Below the pieces are notes generated by a model. That model did no database searches. It was not told the origin of the DNA and was given only the letters and a program-made list of their open reading frames with translations. The position numbers and the translations under genes are program-made. Positions 57,231 to 64,000 of a stretch of DNA of 64,000 nt are shown piece by piece. Location of the stretch: contig JBDRPD010000053.1 in assembly GCA_043827405.1 (NCBI GenBank), positions 32,001 to 96,000 of the forward strand. The letters are read 5' to 3'. Numbering within the stretch: position 1 is the first letter of the stretch; each line of letters starts with the position of its first letter. Source of the DNA: Elusimicrobiota bacterium. GTDB taxonomy: Bacteria; Elusimicrobiota; Elusimicrobia; UBA1565.

Positions 57231-59332
57231 GATTCGCCGCGCTCTTGGCGCTGCTGCTCGCCGGTCCCGCCGCGGCGGGAGAACTCGCGCCGCTGCCGCC
57301 CGTACCGGAGCTGGACAGCGCAGAGGTCGCGCTCGGCCGCACGCTGTTTTTCGACTTCCGCCTCTCCGGCGACGCCACCACGGCCTGCTCGATGTGCCAC
57401 AACCCGGACTATGCCTACACCGACGGCCTGGAGCTGTCCGAAGGCTATCCTTCGACGCTGTATTTCCGCAATACCCCCACCACCTTTAATACGAGCTTCA
57501 AACAGCACCTGTACTGGGACGGCCGCTTCCCCGCCAGCGACCTTAATTCGGTAATCCGGGACCATCTATCCGAGGCGCATTTCATGCAGGCGGACGGACG
57601 GCTGCTGGTCGAGCGCCTGCGGCAAATCCCGGATTACGTCCGTGACTTTCAAAATGTCTACGGCGGCGAGCCGGACTACGGCAAGCTGCTCAAGGCCCTG
57701 ACGGCCTTCGTCAACTCGCAGGTCTCCAAGGATGTTCCGCTCGACCGCTATCTTAAGGGCGACAAAGGAGCGCTCAGCGCGCCGGCGAAGCGCGGCCTGG
57801 AATTATTCAGCGGCAAGGGCGGCTGCATCCGCTGCCATTCCGGCCCCCTGCTCTCCGACGGAAAATTCCATGACCGCAAGGTCCCGGACAATCCCGAAAT
57901 CATTCGCTCGCCCCGGCGGCAGATCGTCTTCCGGCGCTTTTTCCGCACGCTGGGCATCGTCGGCTACCAAAACCTCAAGCGGGATCTCGGCCTGTACGCC
58001 GTAACCAAGAAGCCGGAGGACACGGGGAAATTCAAAACCCCCAGCCTCCGCGAGGCCGCGCGCACCGCCCCGTACATGCATAACGGCTCGCTCAAGACGC
58101 TGGGCGAGGCGGTCGCTTTCGAGGGGCCGGAACTCAGCGCCGGCGAGCGCGAGGACGTAGTGGAGTTCATTAAGGCGCTCAGCGGGAGCGCGGAGCCGGA
58201 CGAACGGCCGCGGGTGCCCTCCTATGCGGCGCTGCCCCTGGAAGAAGCCGCTCGCCCCCCCGCGCCGCCGGCCGCCGCGCCGAAGAAGAAAAAGCCGGCG
58301 CCGCTGGCCCCCCTGCCGCCCGTCCCCGTACCGCCGGACAATCCGCAGACCCCCGCCAAGGTGGAGCTCGGACAGATGCTCTTCTTCGACACCCGCATAT
58401 CGGGCAACCGCGAGAACTCCTGCGCCACCTGCCACAACCCTGAAGCCGGGTGGGGCGACGGCTACGATATCGCGCATGGCTACCTCGGAGCGCAGCATTG
58501 GCGCAACTCACAGACTTTGCTCAACTCGGCCTATTACGCCAAGCTGGAATGGGACGGCGGCCGGACTACGCTCGAGGAGCAGGCGCGCGGAGCGATCCTA
58601 TCCAACATTAACGCCAACGGCGATCCGGCGATGATCGAGGAGCGTCTCGCGCAGGCCCCGATCTACGTGGAGAAGTTCCGAGCGGTCTTCGGCACGGACC
58701 GGCCGCATTTCGAGGATATGATCAAAGCCATCGCCGCCTTCGAACGCGCCGCGCCCGTTTCGCGGGACACTCCTTTCGACGCCTACCTGCGGGGGGACAA
58801 GCGGGCGCTCACGCCGGAAGCCCGCCGCGGTCTGCGGCTGTTCAAGGGCAAGGCCGGCTGCTTCCGCTGCCATAACGGCCCCTTGCTGTCGGACGAGGAC
58901 TACCACGCCACCGGCGTCCCGGACAATCCGGCCTTCCGCCGGGATCCGCTCAAACAGATCACCATGCGCTACATTCTGGCTTCGCAGGGCGTGCCGGAGG
59001 ACTTCTACCGCACGGCGGCAAGGGATCCCGGACTGTACCTGATCACCAAGCGCGAACACGACATCGGGAAGTTCCGCACCCCGAGCCTGCGCGAGCTCAA
59101 GCACACGGCGCCCTATATGCATAACGGCGTCTTTGCGACGCTGCGCAATGTGTTAGACTTTTACGATCGCGGCGGCGGGGATTTCGCCGGCAAGACGCCC
59201 CTGTTGCTGCCGCTGCGTCTTACGGACAAGGAGAAAACGGACCTCGTCGCCTTTCTCGAGTCGCTCAGCGGCGAACCCGTGCTGGTCAAGGCGCCCGAGC
59301 TTCCCGGCTATCCGGGCTCGACGCATAAATAG
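57227..59332 (+). CDS. Fused tetrahaem cytochrome c peroxidase (IdrP1/IdrP2-like fusion), no WD40
   Basis: Signal peptide and CSMCH/CIRCH/CATCH/CFRCH. It has the same two modules as the array and is adjacent to the Mo enzyme. Confidence 0.88.
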   Translation: MRFAALLALLLAGPAAAGELAPLPPVPELDSAEVALGRTLFFDFRLSGDATTACSMCHNPDYAYTDGLELSEGYPSTLYFRNTPTTFNTSFKQHLYWDGRFPASDLNSVIRDHLSEAHFMQADGRLLVERLRQIPDYVRDFQNVYGGEPDYGKLLKALTAFVNSQVSKDVPLDRYLKGDKGALSAPAKRGLELFSGKGGCIRCHSGPLLSDGKFHDRKVPDNPEIIRSPRRQIVFRRFFRTLGIVGYQNLKRDLGLYAVTKKPEDTGKFKTPSLREAARTAPYMHNGSLKTLGEAVAFEGPELSAGEREDVVEFIKALSGSAEPDERPRVPSYAALPLEEAARPPAPPAAAPKKKKPAPLAPLPPVPVPPDNPQTPAKVELGQMLFFDTRISGNRENSCATCHNPEAGWGDGYDIAHGYLGAQHWRNSQTLLNSAYYAKLEWDGGRTTLEEQARGAILSNINANGDPAMIEERLAQAPIYVEKFRAVFGTDRPHFEDMIKAIAAFERAAPVSRDTPFDAYLRGDKRALTPEARRGLRLFKGKAGCFRCHNGPLLSDEDYHATGVPDNPAFRRDPLKQITMRYILASQGVPEDFYRTAARDPGLYLITKREHDIGKFRTPSLRELKHTAPYMHNGVFATLRNVLDFYDRGGGDFAGKTPLLLPLRLTDKEKTDLVAFLESLSGEPVLVKAPELPGYPGSTHK

Positions 59333-59344
59333 CGGCAGCATACG

Positions 59345-62098
59345 ATGTCATTAGAGAAGACCGTCACTCCACCGCCCGACTACGTCCCCGCGGAACGCGT
59401 CCCGCTGCCGCCGCCGGACGCCCGGGTCCGCACCACGGTCTGCGACTACTGCGTGGTCGGCTGCGGCTACCGGACCTATGTTTGGCCCGAAGGCCGCGAG
59501 GGCGGCCCGCGGGCGAAGGACAACGCCTTCGGCGTGGACTTTCCCGTCGCGCCGCTGTCCGGCTACTGGGTCACGCCGAACCAGCACACGATCGTGCTGG
59601 TCGGGGGCGAACCCCACCACGCGATCGTCATCCCCGACCCGAAGGCGAAAGTCGTCAACCGCGGCGGCAACCATTCGGTGCGCGGCGGCGCGATCGCGCA
59701 GAAGTGCTACAGCCCCCGCAAGCCGACCCGCGACCGCCTCAAGCACCCGCTGCTGCGCGTCGACGGCAAGCTGGTCCCCGTCTCCTGGGATGCGGCCATC
59801 CGGGTGATGGCGGAGGTGTCCAAGCACGTGCTCGCCAAGCACGGCGAGATATCCTGGGGCATGAAGACCTTTTCGTACCAGTCTTTCGAAAGCATGTACG
59901 CGATCTCGAAGCTCTGCTTCGAATCGATCAAGACGCCCGCTTTCTCCACCCATGACGCGCCGACCGTCGGCGACGAGTCCGCCGGGCTGACCGACTCGGG
60001 CTACCAGACCTTCGGCGCCTCCTACGACGATCTCGCGCAGGCCGAGGTCCTGTTCATCTCCGGCGTCGATCCGTACGAGACCAAGACCGTGCTCTTCACC
60101 GAATGGCTGCGCCCTCCGGCGCACCGGACCGGCCGCAAAGGTCCGAAGATGATTATCGCGGCGCCGCGCCGGACCATGGGCGTCGCCTACGCCGAAAAGG
60201 ACGGCGGGCTGTGGCTGGACGTCAATCCCGGCACCGACACGCTGCTGCACCTGGCCGTCATCCGCTACATCTTCGACCAAGGCTGGGAAGACGCGGAGTT
60301 CCTCAAGGAACATACCGCGAGCGACTGGGAGATCCAATCCGGCTTCGGCCGCGGAACCCGCAACACGCCCTGGCAGTGGCGCACGACCTGGAGCAAGTAC
60401 GGGACGGATTACCTCGGCTACCGCAAGTGGATCCTGAACTATCGTCCCGCCGGCCTGGCGCAGGCGGCGCGCGTCACGGGGATCAGCGAGGAGAAGATTA
60501 TCCGGGCCGCCAAGATGCTGACCGGAGGAGGAGGCCGGCGGCCGAAGTCCTCTTTCGTCTACGAGAAGGGCAACTACTGGACCAACAACTACACCAACAC
60601 CACCTCCTACGCCGCGCTGGCGATCGTCAACGGCGCCGGCCACCGCGCCGGGCGCGTCGTCTGCCGCCTCGGCGGCCATCAGCGCGGCTGGGCGGCCAAG
60701 GCGGCCCCCTATCCCCTGGTCATGAGCCCGGAACGTCTGGCCGGCCGCCGCAAGAAGCCGCTCGATCTGGACCGCTGGGTGGAGTCCGGACGCCTGCGCT
60801 TCGCCTGGGTGATCGGCGCCACCTGGATCCAGGCCATGGCCGCGTCCGATGAGCTCAAGCGGAAATTCCTCGAGCTGACCCGCGGCAGCGAGCACCAGAT
60901 CCGCGCCGCGGACCCGGAGCACGCCGCCGCCGCCCTGATCAAACGGGTGGACGCCGGCGGCATGTTCGTGGTGGACCAGGACGTCTACCTGCGCGAGCCG
61001 ATCGGTTCCGATATCGCCGACCTGGTGCTGCCGGCCGCCGGCTGGGGCGAGAGCGACTTCGCCCGGGCCAACGGCGAGCGACGCCTGCGCCTGTATTCCA
61101 AATTCTACGACCCTCCGGGCGAGGCGCTGCCCGACTGGGAGATCATCGCCCGCTTCGGCCGGGCCATGGGCTTCGAAGACTATAAATGGAGCTCGTCCAA
61201 CGACCTCTTCGAAGAGGCCGCGCGCTTCAGCCGCGACGACATGCTGAACTACTACCCCTTGGTATGGTACGCCAAGGAGATCGGCAAGCCCGCGCATGAG
61301 GTCCTGCGCGAAATGGGGACGACGGGAATCCAGCTGCCCGCCCGCTACCGCTCGCACGCCACCGAAGGCCGGGCCTACATCGAGTACGCCGGGTCCTACT
61401 CCTCGCCCAAGCACCCGGGCATCGTCGTCGGGACCAAGCGCCTGCACGACCCCGAGACCGACTTCGGCACGCCGGAAGGACCGACCACGCATCCGAAGTG
61501 GCTGCGCGTCTTCCAGACGCACAGCGGCAAGGTGCTCCTCCACAAGTCGCCCTGGGAAACCTTCTCCGATTTTTACGCGGCGGTGCGGCCGCAGCAGGAC
61601 GAGCTGTGGGTCACCAGCGGCCGCATCAACGAGAAGTGGCAGTCGGGCTACGACGACCAGCGCCGGCCCTACTCGCTCATGCGCTGGCCCGACAGCTTCA
61701 TCGAACTGCACCCCCGGGACGCCGCCGCGCGCGGCATCGAGAGCGGCGACTATATCGAGGCGTCTTCCGACGACGTGCTCGTCCAGACGGGCGGCTTCGT
61801 GGGCCGCCGCCCCGATGACCTGACCTTCTCCGCGCTGGAGCGCGAAGGCCATATCCGGCGCGGGCGCGGAAGCTTCCGGGCGGTCGCGATCGTGACCGAC
61901 GACATCAAGCCGGGAGTGGCCTTCTCCTACTCCGATTGGCCTACCCAGCCGGCCAACGCCTTGTCGCCGCGGGTGCCCGACCCGATCACCAACCACTACC
62001 GCTTCAAGCTGGGCAAGGGCCGCATCCGCCGGATCGGCGAGTCGCCCTACAAGAAATCGCTGCGCAGCATGACCTTTCTGCCGAGGACCATCATCTAG
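59345..62098 (+). CDS. idrA: AioA-like molybdopterin oxidoreductase large subunit, probable iodate reductase IdrA clade
   Basis: CDYCVVGCGY...HSVRG is a [3Fe-4S]-type motif. YEKGNYW, RLGGHQRG and NGERRLRL are present. No signal of its own. Flanked by CCP and Rieske genes. Confidence 0.75.
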   Translation: MSLEKTVTPPPDYVPAERVPLPPPDARVRTTVCDYCVVGCGYRTYVWPEGREGGPRAKDNAFGVDFPVAPLSGYWVTPNQHTIVLVGGEPHHAIVIPDPKAKVVNRGGNHSVRGGAIAQKCYSPRKPTRDRLKHPLLRVDGKLVPVSWDAAIRVMAEVSKHVLAKHGEISWGMKTFSYQSFESMYAISKLCFESIKTPAFSTHDAPTVGDESAGLTDSGYQTFGASYDDLAQAEVLFISGVDPYETKTVLFTEWLRPPAHRTGRKGPKMIIAAPRRTMGVAYAEKDGGLWLDVNPGTDTLLHLAVIRYIFDQGWEDAEFLKEHTASDWEIQSGFGRGTRNTPWQWRTTWSKYGTDYLGYRKWILNYRPAGLAQAARVTGISEEKIIRAAKMLTGGGGRRPKSSFVYEKGNYWTNNYTNTTSYAALAIVNGAGHRAGRVVCRLGGHQRGWAAKAAPYPLVMSPERLAGRRKKPLDLDRWVESGRLRFAWVIGATWIQAMAASDELKRKFLELTRGSEHQIRAADPEHAAAALIKRVDAGGMFVVDQDVYLREPIGSDIADLVLPAAGWGESDFARANGERRLRLYSKFYDPPGEALPDWEIIARFGRAMGFEDYKWSSSNDLFEEAARFSRDDMLNYYPLVWYAKEIGKPAHEVLREMGTTGIQLPARYRSHATEGRAYIEYAGSYSSPKHPGIVVGTKRLHDPETDFGTPEGPTTHPKWLRVFQTHSGKVLLHKSPWETFSDFYAAVRPQQDELWVTSGRINEKWQSGYDDQRRPYSLMRWPDSFIELHPRDAAARGIESGDYIEASSDDVLVQTGGFVGRRPDDLTFSALEREGHIRRGRGSFRAVAIVTDDIKPGVAFSYSDWPTQPANALSPRVPDPITNHYRFKLGKGRIRRIGESPYKKSLRSMTFLPRTII

Positions 62099-62100
62099 CC

Positions 62101-62634
62101 ATGGCCGACGACCAACCCTGTTTCAGCCGGCGCCGCTTCCTGCTCGGCAGCGGCTCGACCATGGTCACCATTCTGCTGTCCAGCCTCCCGGGTATGGCGC
62201 ATGCCAAGGGAGTGCTCAAGCTGCGCCGGACCGGCTATCCGCGGACGAAGATCGGCCGCATCAGCCTGCTCGAAAAGGGCCGGCCGGTATTCTTCAAGTA
62301 CCCGGGCCAGCATGCCCACTGCGCCTTCATGCTGGTACGGCTGGGCCGCGAGGCGGCGGGCGGCGTCGGCCCGGACCAGGACATCGTCGCCTTCAGCCGG
62401 CTATGCGCCCACATGGGGGCGCCGCTCGACGGATTCCGCGAGGAGCATTCCACTCTCGGCCCCTGCGCCGAGCACCTCACCGTTTTCGACCTGCGGCGCC
62501 ACGGCATGGTGGTCTCCGGCCACGCCACCGAGACTTTGCCGCAGGCGGTCCTGGAAACCGACGGCGACGACATCTACGCCGTGGGCGTGCTCGGCCTCAT
62601 CTACGGCTTCCACGACAACCAGGACGCGCTCTGA
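62101..62634 (+). CDS. idrB: Tat-exported Rieske [2Fe-2S] small subunit (IdrB/AioB-like)
   Basis: SRRRFL Tat motif, GVGPDQDIVAFS, CAHMG...CAEH and GHATETLPQ. Confidence 0.78.
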   Translation: MADDQPCFSRRRFLLGSGSTMVTILLSSLPGMAHAKGVLKLRRTGYPRTKIGRISLLEKGRPVFFKYPGQHAHCAFMLVRLGREAAGGVGPDQDIVAFSRLCAHMGAPLDGFREEHSTLGPCAEHLTVFDLRRHGMVVSGHATETLPQAVLETDGDDIYAVGVLGLIYGFHDNQDAL

Positions 62635-62646
62635 ACGCGCGCGGCA

Positions 62647-63393
62647 TCAGCCCCAACCGGGCAGGCCCTCGCGGGACGCTATCGCCGCCAGGCTCCGGAC
62701 ATAGTCCGTTTTGTTGAGCTCCGCCGGCGCGCCGATCGCGGCCTCCAGCCGCTCGTCGAAAGGGACCGCACCTAGAAATGGGACCTTAAGCCGTGCGCAC
62801 TCCCTCTCGACAAATAAGGCGGAAGACGGCATCCGCATATTCTCGAGCACGCCGATCATGCCCGCATGCAGCTCCTGAAACATGCGGATGGTCTTTTCGA
62901 CCGTCGCGAAAGCCACTTTGGACGGCACCGTCACCAAGACGGACTCCGCCCGCCGCATCAAGCGCAGCACGTCCAGCGCCGCGTCGCTAAGGCCCGGCGG
63001 CATATCGACGATCAGAACGTCGAGCTTGCCCCACTGCGTGATAGCCAAAAGTTCAATAATGGCGTTGGAGATATCGCTCCCGCGCAGAGGCGACGGCTGC
63101 TCGCCGGTAAACATAACCAGCGACAGGAAGCGGATGCCCGCGACCTCCGGCGGCACGATGCCCCGCTCTTCCTCGGGAAAAACTCCCCGGGCGCCCAGGA
63201 TGACGTGCTGGGAGGGGCCGCTCAAGTCCAGGTCCAGCAGACCGACTTTTCGTCCCGCCGCAGAAAGCGCCAGCGCCAGCCCGGAAGACGTGACGCTCTT
63301 GCCGACGCCGCCCTTGCCGCCGGTAACGGCCAGTATTCTGCCGATTCCCGACAGCCGGTCGCTGATAACGCTCAAGCGGGGATCAATGTTCAT
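62647..63393 (-). CDS. Mrp/NBP35-family ATPase, probably an ATPase-type HypB
   Basis: GGKGGVGKS, DLDLSGPS, DMPPG and ENM. Starts 1 nt after the hypA stop codon. Confidence 0.82.
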   Translation of the reverse strand: MNIDPRLSVISDRLSGIGRILAVTGGKGGVGKSVTSSGLALALSAAGRKVGLLDLDLSGPSQHVILGARGVFPEEERGIVPPEVAGIRFLSLVMFTGEQPSPLRGSDISNAIIELLAITQWGKLDVLIVDMPPGLSDAALDVLRLMRRAESVLVTVPSKVAFATVEKTIRMFQELHAGMIGVLENMRMPSSALFVERECARLKVPFLGAVPFDERLEAAIGAPAELNKTDYVRSLAAIASREGLPGWG

Positions 63394-63394
63394 A

Positions 63395-63805
63395 TCATTC
63401 GACCTCGACTTCGTCCAGCCATACCCCGCGTCCCCGCGTCACCTCGAAATCGGGACTCCCGCACTGCAGGCAGCGGACATAGCTGTGCGCCACCTCCGGA
63501 ACGAAGTGGACATACTCCGCCTCTTCTTCCGTGAGCTTCTTTTTCGTCTCCGCGAACAGCCACTCCTTGCCGCAGGCCCGGCATTTAAATGCTGCGTCCT
63601 CTTGAGAGATATCGATGCCGGCCGCGCCGATCGCCGCTTCATGCGTGCCCATCACGGTTTTAAGCCCCATCCGGAAAGCTTCCATATCCATCTGCTGCAG
63701 CTCACCGACCCGCAGCCGAATCCCGGTAATCCGGCGGTAGCCGCCCTTCTTCATTTCATTTAAAGCGGAGACGACCACGCCTTCCGCCAATGCCCACTCG
63801 TGCAT
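63395..63805 (-). CDS. hypA: Hydrogenase nickel incorporation protein HypA
   Basis: MHE N-terminus, VGELQ, CRAC...CLQC and an upstream GGAGG. Confidence 0.92.
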   Translation of the reverse strand: MHEWALAEGVVVSALNEMKKGGYRRITGIRLRVGELQQMDMEAFRMGLKTVMGTHEAAIGAAGIDISQEDAAFKCRACGKEWLFAETKKKLTEEEAEYVHFVPEVAHSYVRCLQCGSPDFEVTRGRGVWLDEVEVE

Positions 63806-63820
63806 TCGACCTCCCGGCGC

Positions 63821-64000
63821 CTAACAAATTCTGGGGAACTGATCCCCGACCAGCATGTCGAGTATGCGCCGCCCCCCCACCGTCGTCCGCAGCAGGACCC
63901 TGCCCGCGGACTCTCCGCTGACCTCGCCGACGACAGCCGCTGCGGCGCCCAGCGGGTGCGCCCGCAGGAGCCGCAGCGCGCGCTCCGCGCCGCCGGGATC
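63821..64000 (-). CDS. hypE: Hydrogenase maturation carbamoyl dehydratase HypE, C-terminal fragment (truncated by the window edge)
   Basis: Minus-strand translation ends GRVLLRTTVGGRRILDMLVGDQFPRIC*, the diagnostic PRIC terminus. Confidence 0.9.
   Translation of the reverse strand, partial: DPGGAERALRLLRAHPLGAAAAVVGEVSGESAGRVLLRTTVGGRRILDMLVGDQFPRIC

Noticed and set aside
4132..61996. Long antisense and alternate-frame ORFs (e.g. 8945-11290, 18424-20580, 25892-27745, 59351-61996)
   Set aside because: They are shadows of well-supported genes in high-GC DNA and carry no recognisable motifs.
59345..62634. Canonical arsenite oxidase aioBA
   Set aside because: The gene order is A then B, a CCP gene is adjacent, active-site motifs differ, and no aioXSR/ars genes are present. 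The Idr-like call is preferred, though the substrate is unproven.

Overview
High-GC bacterial DNA. No rRNA, tRNA, CRISPR array or mobile element was recognised. The first 31 kb hold a tandem array of at least ten ~1000-aa paralogues, most with overlapping stop/start codons. Each is built as Sec signal peptide + 7-repeat WD40 propeller + two different di-haem cytochrome c peroxidase (CCP/MauG-family) modules, with 4 CxxCH per protein. About 26 kb downstream lies the apparent parent of the peroxidase part: a WD40-less fused tetrahaem peroxidase (57227-59332). It sits in an operon with an ankyrin lipoprotein, an AioA-like molybdopterin subunit and a Tat-exported Rieske subunit, which resembles the idrABP1P2 dissimilatory iodate reductase locus but with P1 and P2 fused. 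The window also has five paralogous membrane-anchored SGNH hydrolases, a DUF5989/SxtK-like peptide, an exported WD40-Ig-caspase protein and a double ATP-grasp ligase coupled to a DmpA peptidase. Also present are pilT/pilU, two Cys-rich metal-binding candidates that interrupt the array, and hypE-hypA followed by an Mrp-type ATPase of Thermococcales style. All calls come from motif reading and recall of protein families; no database search was run.
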